This document shows, one piece after another, positions 8,632 to 18,136 of a DNA stretch of 64,000 bases. The stretch comes from an uncultured Gemmatimonadales bacterium. GTDB lineage: Bacteria; Gemmatimonadota; Gemmatimonadetes; Gemmatimonadales; Gemmatimonadaceae. Each line of letters starts with the position of its first letter. The stretch's first letter is position 1. The stretch is from assembly GCA_963850905.1 (NCBI GenBank), contig CAWKMU010000004.1, positions 416,001-480,000 on the forward strand, written 5' to 3'. The notes below the pieces were generated by a model. That model saw nothing but the letters and a program-made list of their open reading frames with translations. It did not search any database and was not told the origin of the DNA. A program made the translations under genes and the position numbers.

Positions 8632-10323
8632 ATGATGACAACGACCAACGTGCTCGGCATTCACCACGTGACCGCAATCGCCAGCGACCCCCAGCGCAAT
8701 CTCGATTTCTACGCTGGTGTGCTCGGTTTGCGGCTGGTCAAGCGAACTGTCAACTTCGACGACCCCGAGACGTACCATCTCTACTTCGGTGACGAGGTCG
8801 GCCACCCGGGCAGCATCATGACGTTTTTCCCATGGCCTGGCGCGAGACGAGGGCGTCAGGGGACGGGCCAGGTCGCCGTCACATCGTTTGCCGTTGTCCC
8901 GAGCGCGCTTGGATTCTGGATCGAACGCTTCATCGCGCACGCCGTCAACTACGAAGGACCGACCCGCCGGCTCATGGGCACGCAGTCCGAGCAGGTCATC
9001 GCATTCAAGGACCCGGACGGTCTGATGCTCGAGATCGTCGCGCACCCCAGCGCGGAGGGCCGCCCAGCGTGGGCTGCGCCCGGTATCCTCTTGGAGCGAG
9101 CGATCCACGGGTTCTACAGTGTGACGCTGTGGGCGGAGAATCGAGACGACACAGAGCGAGTGCTGGAGATGCTCGGCTTTCGCTCAGTCCACGAAGAGGG
9201 TAGTACTCGACGCTTCGCCGTTGGCGATGCCGGTCCGGGCACCCTGGTCGATGTGCGAAGCCTCAGCGGCTTCTTTCGCGGCGTCGGTGGCGCGGGGACA
9301 GTTCACCATGTGGCCTGGCGCGTGAGCGACGACGATGCGCAGATCGGGGCGCGTGAGCAAGTAACCAACGCGAGCCTGCATCCGACCCCGGTGATCGATC
9401 GCGAGTATTTCAAATCAGTATATTTTCGCGAGCCTGGCGGCGTGCTGTTCGAGCTGGCGACGGACCCCCCGGGATTCACGGTCGACGAGCCGGTCGACCG
9501 ACTCGGCGAGCGGCTGATGTTGCCGCCCCAATTCGAGACGCGCCGAGCGGAGATCGAGGCAGTTCTTCCTCCGATTCATTTTCCAGTCTCTGCGTCGACT
9601 GCCGCTGTATTTGCCAACGCCACCGGTCCGGAGGATGTGAGTGGCGACGCACTGGGGTTCGTGCACCGGTACGTGCCCCCGACTGCCGGCGCCGCAGTGT
9701 CCGGTAGTACCACCCTGTTGCTGCTGCACGGCACCGGAGGAGACGAAGACGACCTGATTCCTCTGGGGCGCGCGTTGCTCCCGGGCGCCGGGATGCTGAG
9801 TCCACGGGGCAATGTCCTCGAGAACGGGGCGCCGCGGTTTTTCCGGCGCATAGCCGAGGGCGTGTTCGACCAAGAGGACTTGGCTCGCCGGACCGACGAG
9901 CTTGCGACATTCATCACTGCGGCTGCGCAGACATACCAGCTCGATCGCGACGGCATCGTTGCCGTTGGTTTCTCCAACGGCGCCAACATCGCCGCGAGTC
10001 TGCTCTTCCGTCACCCGGGCCTGTTGCACGCCGCTGTCCTACTCAGTCCGATGATGCCGTTCGAGCCCGAGACGCTCCCGGATCTCGCAGGAACGACAGT
10101 GTTCATCGGCGCTGGTCGCTCGGATCCCATCGCGCCACCGGCCCAGGCCGAACGCCTCGCGCAACGCCTGCGGGATGCCGGTGCGGCCGTGACCCTCCAC
10201 TGGTCACCAGGCGTTCATACCATCGCCAAGGGCGAACTCAATGCCGCCGCCCATTGGATCGCCCAACACCCCGCAACTCCCGCACGCTCCGCCCACGATC
10301 GGAGCGCACCCGCAGGGTCTTGA
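8632..10323 (+). CDS. Ring-cleaving VOC dioxygenase (MhqO/MhqE-like) fused to an alpha/beta hydrolase (MhqD-like)
   Basis: GIHHVTAIA, KRTVNFDDPETYHLYFGD, VHHVAWR and YFREPGGVLFELATD, followed by LLHGTGG and GFSNGAN. Confidence 0.9.
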   Translation: MMTTTNVLGIHHVTAIASDPQRNLDFYAGVLGLRLVKRTVNFDDPETYHLYFGDEVGHPGSIMTFFPWPGARRGRQGTGQVAVTSFAVVPSALGFWIERFIAHAVNYEGPTRRLMGTQSEQVIAFKDPDGLMLEIVAHPSAEGRPAWAAPGILLERAIHGFYSVTLWAENRDDTERVLEMLGFRSVHEEGSTRRFAVGDAGPGTLVDVRSLSGFFRGVGGAGTVHHVAWRVSDDDAQIGAREQVTNASLHPTPVIDREYFKSVYFREPGGVLFELATDPPGFTVDEPVDRLGERLMLPPQFETRRAEIEAVLPPIHFPVSASTAAVFANATGPEDVSGDALGFVHRYVPPTAGAAVSGSTTLLLLHGTGGDEDDLIPLGRALLPGAGMLSPRGNVLENGAPRFFRRIAEGVFDQEDLARRTDELATFITAAAQTYQLDRDGIVAVGFSNGANIAASLLFRHPGLLHAAVLLSPMMPFEPETLPDLAGTTVFIGAGRSDPIAPPAQAERLAQRLRDAGAAVTLHWSPGVHTIAKGELNAAAHWIAQHPATPARSAHDRSAPAGS

Positions 10324-10332
10324 ACGCGGCCG

Positions 10333-10357
10333 GTAGGGGCGCCGCATTGCGTCGCCC
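10333..10357 (+). repeat. REP-like hairpin
   Basis: gtaggggcgccgcattgcgtcgccc. Confidence 0.7.
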
Positions 10358-10406
10358 TTCATCGCCGTCCGCACAACGTCACGGGTGTCGCGCCGACCCC
10401 GCCATT

Positions 10407-11360
10407 TCAATCGTGCGCTGTCGACGCCGCGGCCACGTCCGACACGCGCCCGATCTGGCCGCGCTTCTCCAACCGTGCGAGCAGCAAATAGAAGTACAGC
10501 ATGCCCCGCTGTGGCCCGAGTCGGCGCGCAACCGATTCGGCATCGATCCTCCGTTCCACGACGTGGGCGAGACTCGCCGCCACCCCGCTGTCTCCGCCCG
10601 GGAACACATCGAGTCGGCCCAGGCCGCGAAGCAACGTCACCGCTGCGGTCCATGGCCCGATGCCCTTGATTTGCTGCAGGAGCCGGGCAGCCTCGTCGCT
10701 CGTGTGTTCCTCCAGCATGCGCTCCGTGATCACGCCGGTCGAAACGGCATCGGCCGCCCGTCGGAGCGTATCGACCTTGCCAGAGCTCAACCCCAGCGCT
10801 CGCAGCGCCGTTTCGGCCGCGCCGAGCAGGGGTCCGGCACCTGGAAAGACCACGAGCGGCACGCCGTCCCGCACCGTGGTGTCACCCAGCGCCGTCACGA
10901 GGCGGCCCATGATTGCACTTGCCGCATGCACGCTGATTTGCTGGAAGACGATGGCGTTGACGAGGCCCTCCCAGAGGCTCGGATAACGCGGTGGTCTCGT
11001 GCCCGCCATTCGCGTGACGAGCGGCGACAGCCATGCTATGCGCTGGGCCCGGCCGGTGAATTCCGCGACATCGCGATCGACACCGAGCACTCGGCGGACG
11101 ATCGCGAGTAGACCGCTCTCCACGCCGCTGAATGCCACAGACAATGAAGCGGGGCCGTCCTGCCAAACACAGACCACGACCGGGCCGGTCGGCCCGGGTA
11201 GTGCCCGCAGATAGCGACCGTCCGCGGTGTAGATGTCGACTAGATTGGTCGATAGCCGCCGCAGCACGCTGACTGTAAGATCGAGTCGGTACGGCGCGGC
11301 CACTGGAATGTCGTGTCGCGCGCAGGTCGGAATCGGAGCATCGATCGACGAATGAGGCAT
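10407..11360 (-). CDS. alkA: AlkA-family DNA-3-methyladenine glycosylase II
   Basis: AIVFQQISV and the HhH motif LQQIKGIGPWTA, followed by DVFPGGD. Confidence 0.85.
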   Translation of the reverse strand: MPHSSIDAPIPTCARHDIPVAAPYRLDLTVSVLRRLSTNLVDIYTADGRYLRALPGPTGPVVVCVWQDGPASLSVAFSGVESGLLAIVRRVLGVDRDVAEFTGRAQRIAWLSPLVTRMAGTRPPRYPSLWEGLVNAIVFQQISVHAASAIMGRLVTALGDTTVRDGVPLVVFPGAGPLLGAAETALRALGLSSGKVDTLRRAADAVSTGVITERMLEEHTSDEAARLLQQIKGIGPWTAAVTLLRGLGRLDVFPGGDSGVAASLAHVVERRIDAESVARRLGPQRGMLYFYLLLARLEKRGQIGRVSDVAAASTAHD

Positions 11361-11469
11361 GACCGAAGAGATTCCCGTGGGCGGTGTGCGGTTCCGGTGC
11401 GCTGGGTCAGACTCGCGCGGTACAGCGGTGTAGAATGGAAGCTAGCACCGAGTCGCAAGCGAGGAGGTT

Positions 11470-11688
11470 ATGCCGACGAAGCGCTTTAAGAGGGGAGACC
11501 GCGTTTCGTGGAACTCGGAAGCCGGTCGCGTCCGGGGCGTCATCACGCGGATCGTCACGTCGGAGATCGAGTTCAAGGGCTACACCGTCCACGCGAGTAA
11601 AGAAGAGCCGCAGTACGAGATCAAGAGCGAGAAGACCGACCATATCGCGATGCACAAGGGATCGGCGTTGCGTAAGCTCTCGAAATAG
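11470..11688 (+). CDS. DUF2945 (Hva1/Tudor-like) small protein
   Basis: FKRGDRVSWNSEAG...HASKEEPQYEIKSEKTDHIAMHK. Strong GGAGG RBS. Confidence 0.85.
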   Translation: MPTKRFKRGDRVSWNSEAGRVRGVITRIVTSEIEFKGYTVHASKEEPQYEIKSEKTDHIAMHKGSALRKLSK

Positions 11689-11714
11689 CACCGGCAACGT
11701 TAGGATCGGAGACT

Positions 11715-12302
11715 ATGCCGACCGATGCGCGGGCGGACCTCGAGACACTGACATTTGGCAACCAGAAGGCGTGGGAGAAGTGGTTGAGGGCCAACCACCT
11801 TTCATCGCCAGGCGTCTGGGTCCGATTCGCCAGAGCGTCGAGCAGTAACCAGTCGGTGACGTACAGCGAGGCAATGGAAGTCGCTCTGTGTTACGGATGG
11901 ATCGACGGCCAGCGACGCAGCCACACCGCCAGCACGTGGCTGCTGAAATTCACACCTCGTGGCAAGAAGAGCATCTGGTCGAAGATCAATCGAGAGAAAG
12001 CGATGGCACTCATCGAGGGCGGCCGCATGCGCGAAGCCGGGCTGGAGGCCGTCGAGAGCGCGAAGGCGGACGGTCGCTGGGCCCAGGCCTACGACTCGCC
12101 GCGCACCGCGAAAGTGCCGCCGGACCTCCAAGCTGCGCTCGACGCGAATGCGCGCGCCAAGGCTTTCTTCGCCACTCTCGAAAGCCGCAATCGCTACGCG
12201 ATCTTGTGGCGAGTGCAAACAGCGAAACTGGCGGCCACACGTGCCAAGCGCATCGCGCACCTGGTCGCCATGCTGGAACGCGGGGAAAAGGTGCATCCCT
12301 GA
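11715..12302 (+). CDS. YdeI/OmpD-associated family protein
   Basis: ALCYGWIDG, FTPR..KSIWSKIN, VPPDL..AL..N and YAILWRVQTAK motifs. Confidence 0.9.
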   Translation: MPTDARADLETLTFGNQKAWEKWLRANHLSSPGVWVRFARASSSNQSVTYSEAMEVALCYGWIDGQRRSHTASTWLLKFTPRGKKSIWSKINREKAMALIEGGRMREAGLEAVESAKADGRWAQAYDSPRTAKVPPDLQAALDANARAKAFFATLESRNRYAILWRVQTAKLAATRAKRIAHLVAMLERGEKVHP

Positions 12303-12503
12303 CGAAACGATACCTGCGCGCCCATCTGCACCAAGTGTCCGTCCCACCTCCGTCGCACCGGGCGGAAAAGCGAGTGGCGTGACATCAACGGCTGACCTCG
12401 CCAATCGAGCGCGATACCCCGGGCACAGCGGCGCGTTCGCCTGCTGGTCGATTGCGCTAGATTGGTCGGCACCCAATCGACGCGCTCACAGGAGGAGAAA
12501 TCC

Positions 12504-13097
12504 ATGGCCCGCACCGTTACGCCGCGCCGCGGCGTCCGCACCGTTCCCCAGCGAGCAGCGGAGCCTGCGCCCAGCGAGGCTCGGCTCTATCGGACGAAGA
12601 ATGACCTGCCGGAACCCGATCGCGCGGAAGTGATCGACCTGCTCAATCAGCGGCTGGCCGATTGCATCAACCTCCAGACGCAGTGCAAGCAGGCGCATTG
12701 GAATGTGAAGGGGCCGACGTTCATCGCCCTCCATAAGCTCTTCGACGAGATCAATGAGTCAGTCGAAGAGTACATCGACCTGATTGCCGAGCGCATTGTG
12801 CAGCTGGGTGGTGTGGCGTATGGCACCGCGGCCGTGGTGGCAGCCCGATCGACGCTGCCCGAGTATTCGCTCGTGCTCTCGACCGGCGCCGAACACGTGG
12901 CGGCCTTGTCGGACGCACTGGCCGCCTTCGGTCGCACCGCGCGACACGGCATTGACGAGATGGACGACCTCGACGACGCGGACAGCGCCGATATTCTTAC
13001 GGAGATCTCCCGCGGGATCGACAAGTGGCTGTGGTTCGTCGAAGCGCACGAGCAACGCTCCGACTCCGGCGTCGGCCTCCCCGGCCGCCGAGACTAG
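12504..13097 (+). CDS. dps: DNA starvation/stationary-phase protection protein Dps
   Basis: KQAHWNVKGPTFIALHKLFDE...DLIAERIVQLGG...DKWLWFVEAH. AGGAGG RBS. Confidence 0.95.
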   Translation: MARTVTPRRGVRTVPQRAAEPAPSEARLYRTKNDLPEPDRAEVIDLLNQRLADCINLQTQCKQAHWNVKGPTFIALHKLFDEINESVEEYIDLIAERIVQLGGVAYGTAAVVAARSTLPEYSLVLSTGAEHVAALSDALAAFGRTARHGIDEMDDLDDADSADILTEISRGIDKWLWFVEAHEQRSDSGVGLPGRRD

Positions 13098-13211
13098 CGC
13101 GACTAGAGGCAGCACCCCGAACACAGTTGCGCAATTCGGGGTTCGGGATCAGAGATTGTCGGCGACGCGACACGTCGGTCGTGCATTGCGACTCGCGGTC
13201 CACGCCGAGAT

Positions 13212-13427
13212 GTAGGGGCGGCATCCATGCCGCCCCTCTCTCTTCTCTCTCGTCTCTCCTTTCTCCTCTCTACGTCGGCCGCCCAGCGGCCGACGTCGCA
13301 ACACGCCACCGGCTCTTTGCGTTTGACATAATCCCCAATCCCGAGTGCCGAATCTCAAGTCCCGGTCATTGTCTCCTCTCTCCTTTCCCCTTTCTCCTCT
13401 CTACGTCGGCCGCGAAGCGGCCGACGT
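13212..13427 (+). repeat. REP-like hairpin plus two pyrimidine-heptamer/hairpin elements
   Basis: GTAG hairpin at 13212. Two tctcctt-type tracts are each followed by acgtcggccgc-NNN-gcggccgacgt (13272-13296, 13403-13427). Confidence 0.75.
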
Positions 13428-13436
13428 TCGCCGACG

Positions 13437-13450
13437 TCGACCTAGGTCCA
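13437..13450. promoter_or_regulatory. Palindromic box TCGACC-TA-GGTCCA
   Basis: Member of the recurrent motif; lies just upstream of ATG 13488. Confidence 0.65.
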
Positions 13451-13487
13451 CTAGTGGCGCTTGTCTGGACCGTCTAGTCTGGTGATC

Positions 13488-14012
13488 ATGCGCAAACCAC
13501 TCATACTCGTCGCGCTGGCGATCGCTGCGTGCTCGACTTTGCAGACTCACGCCGATTGGGACCCCGCGGCCAATTTCAGCACCTTCCACACGTATCAGTG
13601 GAAGGACGCCACTCCGCTCAAGAACCAACTGCTCGATCAACGGATCGTGCAATCGATCAATCAACAGCTCGCCGCGAAGGGGCTGCGACAGGTCGATTCC
13701 GGGGGGGACCTCTTCGTGACGTACCACGGCTCGGTCAGCGAGCAGTTGAACATGACGACGACCGGATACGGGTACGGCATGGGCGGCTGGTATGGCCCGG
13801 GCTTCGGTGGCGTTGGCGTCCAGAACACGACCGTGCAGCAAATCCCAATCGGGACGCTGGTCGTGGACCTGGTCGATGTGAAGACCAACCAGATGGTGTG
13901 GCGCAGCACCGCGTCCGACGATCTCAAGCAGTCGGACAATCCACAGCAGGCGCAAGACCGGGTCGACAACGCCGTCAAGGCGATGTTCTCGAGGTGGCCG
14001 ACCAAGAGTTGA
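13488..14012 (+). CDS. DUF4136 family lipoprotein
   Basis: Lipobox IAAC, DWDPAANFSTFHTYQW, GTLVVDLVD..TNQMVWR. Confidence 0.9.
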   Translation: MRKPLILVALAIAACSTLQTHADWDPAANFSTFHTYQWKDATPLKNQLLDQRIVQSINQQLAAKGLRQVDSGGDLFVTYHGSVSEQLNMTTTGYGYGMGGWYGPGFGGVGVQNTTVQQIPIGTLVVDLVDVKTNQMVWRSTASDDLKQSDNPQQAQDRVDNAVKAMFSRWPTKS

Positions 14013-14035
14013 CGACGCGTCGCCAACGCAGCTCC

Positions 14036-14068
14036 AAGGGGCCTCGCCAATAACGGCGAGGCCCCTTT
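14036..14068 (+). terminator. Intrinsic terminator-like hairpin
   Basis: aaggggcctcgcc-aataac-ggcgaggcccctt followed by t, after the DUF4136 stop. Confidence 0.65.
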
Positions 14069-14086
14069 CGTATGCGCCCCAGCCCC

Positions 14087-14305
14087 GTATGGGCGACGCA
14101 TGTGTCGCCTCTTCCTGCACTGCCCCGCCACTTGCGCCCTCCACCCGAGAGGCGTAAGACACCGCGCGCCGCCCCCTGGGTATCGCACCGCCCGCACCCA
14201 CGCGCTCGACGAGGCGGGTAGGGGCGACGCAGGCGTCGCCCTCCTGCGCCGCCCGCACCCGCACCTGTCACGCGGCGGGGAGGGGCGACACATACATGTC
14301 GCCCC
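14087..14305 (+). repeat. REP-like hairpin cluster
   Basis: Copies at 14087, 14218 and 14279. Confidence 0.75.
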
Positions 14306-14429
14306 TCCCCGCCCGCCGTCCGCTCACCCTTGTACCCCTGGTGCGGAATAGCACGAGGGCGAGCGACTCTCGTCGCTCGCCCTCCATTCGTTCCCCGATC
14401 CCCCAACCCTTGGAACCTGCCGCCTGCCT

Positions 14430-15086
14430 TTATTGGCCGTATCCCAACGCGAGCCCGATGCTCAGCCACTGATAGCTGCCAGATTTCTGGTTCGGGAGGA
14501 AACAGCACGCGTTGACCGGCCAGTTGTATCGCGCATAGAGCGATACCGTGCCGCCATTTTGCAACGTGAACCGCATGCCTGCCTGCGGCGCGAGACCAAA
14601 GATCCAGTTGTCGGTCGACAGCGTCGTCGCCGACACCGTGAACGTCTGATACATATAGTAGACGCCCAGGTCCAGACCGATGAACGGCCTGACCCCGTTG
14701 CCACTGTGACTTGCCGCGTAGTAGGTGGCGCCGAAGAGCAGCGGGAACATGTTGAAGTTGCGGTACTGCGTGCCTTGTACGTTTCCCGCGCAGTTGCTTC
14801 CGCAGGTGAAGCCGAGTGGGTTCCCGGTGTTCCAATAGAACTCGTTCCACGCCAGGACGCCGCCCACCGCCAACGTGTTGTTGTAGTTGACGAACTTGCG
14901 GAAGTCGAAGGCGAATCCGATCCAGCTGGTGTTGTCGATGAAGCCTTTCGTAGCAACCGTCGGGATAGACGTGAAGTAGCTGAAGCTTCCGAAGGATTGC
15001 TGCGCCTGTAATGGTCTGGCCGACGGGGTCGCCGCCATCATCGCGGCCAGAGCGGCGCCGACCGCCAGAGATCGTCGCATTGTCAT
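14430..15086 (-). CDS. Small outer-membrane beta-barrel protein
   Basis: Signal peptide and aromatic amphipathic strands (RPFIGLDLGVYY, FGLAPQAG). ATG overlaps the upstream stop (ATGA). Confidence 0.75.
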   Translation of the reverse strand: MTMRRSLAVGAALAAMMAATPSARPLQAQQSFGSFSYFTSIPTVATKGFIDNTSWIGFAFDFRKFVNYNNTLAVGGVLAWNEFYWNTGNPLGFTCGSNCAGNVQGTQYRNFNMFPLLFGATYYAASHSGNGVRPFIGLDLGVYYMYQTFTVSATTLSTDNWIFGLAPQAGMRFTLQNGGTVSLYARYNWPVNACCFLPNQKSGSYQWLSIGLALGYGQ

Positions 15087-15724
15087 TGGGCTTTGAGGTA
15101 GGGGGAAGCGTTGAACATCGAGTTAATGCTCGAGCTGATGCCGGAGGCGGTCAGGTTCGACGCTGACAGTAGGCCGACGGACGCCCCAACCCAGATGAGC
15201 GGGAGGCTCGTGCCCGTGATGCCATTGTTGTTGATCATTCCGACGAGCAGCGTCCCCGTGGTGTACGAATAGGGCACGGTGTAGCTCGGGTAGTAATAGC
15301 TGTAGCTCGGGTAGTATCCATACCAGCCCCAGTACGAGCCGTATCCGTAGCTGGCATAACCCGACGTGGTGGTCGTTGTCACCGCCGGCAGCAACACGAC
15401 GTCAGCGGCTTTGGGGTTGCTGACCTCCGTGTAGCCAAGCGATGTCATATTCGTCGCTATCGACGAAAGGATCGTCGAGTTGTACGACGTAGACACGCCA
15501 CTGAGCGATGAACTCGTACTCAGGTAGACGACCGAGTCCGCGAGCGCGAATGTCTTGAACGACCCGAAGGGCGCGCTCTTCGAGTACGCCGTAATGATGC
15601 TCGAGTCGTACGCCGAGCCAGTCGGGTAGCTCGTGTAGCATGCCGCGATGACGGAGCACGCGGCGGCTACGACGAGGAGACGCGCGGACCTACGCCAATT
15701 GGTGCAGACTCTTCCATCACTCAT
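15083..15724 (-). CDS. DUF4136-like lipoprotein with Tyr-rich loop
   Basis: Lipobox IAAC, FGSFKTFALADSV, YSYTTGTLLVGM. Confidence 0.75.
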   Translation of the reverse strand: MSDGRVCTNWRRSARLLVVAAACSVIAACYTSYPTGSAYDSSIITAYSKSAPFGSFKTFALADSVVYLSTSSSLSGVSTSYNSTILSSIATNMTSLGYTEVSNPKAADVVLLPAVTTTTTSGYASYGYGSYWGWYGYYPSYSYYYPSYTVPYSYTTGTLLVGMINNNGITGTSLPLIWVGASVGLLSASNLTASGISSSINSMFNASPYLKAQ

Positions 15725-15782
15725 GACAGTCCCCCCTCTCACCGTTTCGCTGATGATTCCCCACCGGGCAGGCCAAGCGTAG

Positions 15783-15836
15783 TAGATCTTGGTCTAGACC
15801 TCGGTCGCTGATATCGAGACCCTGCACCTAGGTCCA
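15783..15836. promoter_or_regulatory. Three palindromic boxes
   Basis: TAGATC-TT-GGTCTA at 15783, TAGACC-TC-GGTCGC at 15795 and TGCACC-TA-GGTCCA at 15823. Confidence 0.65.
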
Positions 15837-15845
15837 CACAACGCA

Positions 15846-15888
15846 GAACGCGCGAACCAACTGGGTCGGTTCGCGCGTTCTCTTTCTC
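15846..15888. terminator. Strong hairpin, probable terminator
   Basis: agaacgcgcgaacc-N9-ggttcgcgcgttct followed by ctttctc. Confidence 0.6.
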
Positions 15889-16006
15889 GTGTCCTGACCC
15901 CTAGACCGTGGAGCTCTCCGTTCTCTTACCGGGCACCGCGACGCTCGAGGGAAAAGTCGCTAACCCGAACATCCCGGAACTCGGGAGCAGAACCAGAATG
16001 CGGAAA

Positions 16007-16672
16007 TCACTGCGGAGCGACTTCTCCCGCCGAAGTCGACGCCTCGCCTGGAGCGGTCTCGACGACGAACGCCACGCGACGGTTCTGCTCAGCGCCCGGA
16101 TCATCGTGCGACGCACTCGGGTTGACGAGACGATCTTTGCCATAGCCGACCGCCCTCACGTGGGTCGAGTCCATGCCCTTCGTCATGAGGTACTGCGCGA
16201 CGGCCTCGGCACGGCGCTGCGACAAGCCCTTGTTGTACGACTTGCTGCCCGCCGGGTCCGTAAAGCCTTCCACCGTGATGACCGACCCACTGTAGTACTT
16301 GTTGACGATTGCCGCGAACCGGTCGAGCATGCCCTGGTCGTTGTCACGGACCGTCGCATCATCGAATGCGAAGTTGACCGGGACGGCGAACCGAATTGCG
16401 CTCCCGACCACGGCGACCGCCGCGTGGAACTGGGTCTTGAGCGAGTCGATCGCTGCCTGTTGCGCAGTGTTTTGGTTGCGCAACTCCTCATCCCCCGCCG
16501 TGCGAGCCGCCACCTCCTTGCTCATCGCCGCGTTCACGGTCGAATCGGTGTACGCGGTGGTGATCTTCTGGCTCGCTAAGATCTGATCTTTCACGAATCC
16601 CTTCGTCGCGCAGGCGGTTATGAGAAATGACGTGAGCGTGAGCGTGACGACGGACTTGTGCCGCATTCTCAT
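16007..16672 (-). CDS. OmpA-family lipoprotein
   Basis: Lipobox ITAC, VNFAFDDA, ITVEGFTDPAG...NKGLSQRRAEAV, NRRVAF. Confidence 0.92.
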   Translation of the reverse strand: MRMRHKSVVTLTLTSFLITACATKGFVKDQILASQKITTAYTDSTVNAAMSKEVAARTAGDEELRNQNTAQQAAIDSLKTQFHAAVAVVGSAIRFAVPVNFAFDDATVRDNDQGMLDRFAAIVNKYYSGSVITVEGFTDPAGSKSYNKGLSQRRAEAVAQYLMTKGMDSTHVRAVGYGKDRLVNPSASHDDPGAEQNRRVAFVVETAPGEASTSAGEVAPQ

Positions 16673-16746
16673 GGTCTGGTCCTCCGCGAGTCGAGTAGGG
16701 GTGTGCGTTTATCACAACCTACAGAACCCACCGCTGCGTGAAGATG

Positions 16747-16793
16747 TGGACCAAGGTACCCATGCAGCATGAAATGGGGGGAACCAAAGTCTT
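16747..16793. promoter_or_regulatory. Palindromic boxes in a divergent promoter region
   Basis: TGGACC-AA-GGTACC at 16747 and a weaker GGAACC-AA-AGTCTT at 16780. Confidence 0.55.
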
Positions 16794-16836
16794 CATAGCG
16801 TTACGAATTAGCGTTTGCGCGGACGAGGGTGAGGGC

Positions 16837-17772
16837 GTGTCGGTAGCTGCTGATGTTGAGATGGTCTGGATCCCGCAAACCACGTTCCGGATGGGCTCGG
16901 ATCGGGACTATCCGGAGGAGCGCCCGGTGCACAAAGTCTCGGTCGGCGGCTTTTGGATCGATCGCACGCCAGTGACCAATGCGCGCTTCGCACGGTTCGT
17001 CGCCGCAACACACTACACGACGACCGCAGAGGCCCCGGCCGATCCAACAGCGCCTGCACCCTCACGACCGGACGTACACTTCGCCGGCTCGCTCGTATTC
17101 GTCAAGCCCCAGCGACAGTCGCCCGCCAGCCACTGCTGGCGCATCGTGCGCGGCGCGGATTGGCGACATCCACTCGGGCCCGACAGCACGATCGACGCAC
17201 GCGCACAACACCCGGTCGTGCACGTCACGTATCAGGATGCGGTCGCGTTTGCCATCTGGGTGGGCAAAGACCTTCCCACCGAAGCGGAATGGGAGTGCGC
17301 AGCGCGTGGAGGCCTGGACGGCGCGCCCTATGCGTGGGGCGACCAGTGGACACCCGGCGGACGGTTACAGGCGAACACGTGGCAGGGACAATTCCCGTGG
17401 CTGAACCGCTGCGAGGACGGATGGGAAGGCACTTCTCCCGTCGATGCGTTTCCACCAAATGGGTACGGCGTGCATGACATGATCGGCAACGCGTGGGAGT
17501 GGACGTGCGATTGGTTCCAATTGCGGCACCCGCCGCAGGACTGCCCGTGCCGTGTCATTCCGCACAATCCGGCGGGCGGCCACGAGGCCGGGAGCTACGA
17601 TCCAGATCTCCCGGTGGCCCGGACCCCGCGCAAAGTGCTCAAGGGCGGGTCATACCTCTCCGCACCGAACCACTGCCGCCGCTATCGGCCGGCTGCGCGG
17701 GTGCCTGAAGCCATCGACCGATCGGCCTCTCACGTCGGGTTTCGGTGCATCGTGCGTCGGGAGCAAGCATGA
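16837..17772 (+). CDS. Formylglycine-generating enzyme (SUMF1/FGE-sulfatase) family protein
   Basis: FRMGS..YPEE.PVH, HPVVHV, LPTEAEWE.AARGG, DMIGNAWEW and KGGSYLSAPNHCRRYRPAAR. Start uncertain. Confidence 0.9.
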   Translation: MSVAADVEMVWIPQTTFRMGSDRDYPEERPVHKVSVGGFWIDRTPVTNARFARFVAATHYTTTAEAPADPTAPAPSRPDVHFAGSLVFVKPQRQSPASHCWRIVRGADWRHPLGPDSTIDARAQHPVVHVTYQDAVAFAIWVGKDLPTEAEWECAARGGLDGAPYAWGDQWTPGGRLQANTWQGQFPWLNRCEDGWEGTSPVDAFPPNGYGVHDMIGNAWEWTCDWFQLRHPPQDCPCRVIPHNPAGGHEAGSYDPDLPVARTPRKVLKGGSYLSAPNHCRRYRPAARVPEAIDRSASHVGFRCIVRREQA

Positions 17773-18122
17773 GGGAGCGGGTCGCACGCGCGACTGAACG
17801 GGGGCGACGCGAGCTCGCCACACTGTATCGCCTGCTGCGACACCCCGACACGCCGTGGTCTGTGCGCGCTGTCGCCACCGTCGCGGTCGGCTACGTCCTG
17901 AGCCCGATCCAACTCATCCCCAGCTTCATCCCCATCATCGGACAGCTGGACGACGTGTGCGTCGTCTTTGCAGGCAGCCGGATCATCCGCATGCTCGTGG
18001 ACCCGGCGCTGCTAGCCGAGTGCGCGAACAGCGACGCACCGCCGCCCCCACTGCGGCTCATCGCCGGCGTGGCAGTCATCGGAGCGCTCATCGCCGTGGT
18101 GCTGCGCGTTCACATGATGTGA
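17769..18122 (+). CDS. YkvA/DUF1232 family membrane protein
   Basis: YVLSPIQLIPSFIPIIGQLDD. ATGA overlap with the FGE gene. Confidence 0.85.
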   Translation: MRERVARATERGRRELATLYRLLRHPDTPWSVRAVATVAVGYVLSPIQLIPSFIPIIGQLDDVCVVFAGSRIIRMLVDPALLAECANSDAPPPPLRLIAGVAVIGALIAVVLRVHMM

Positions 18123-18136
18123 TGTGAGCGGCCATC

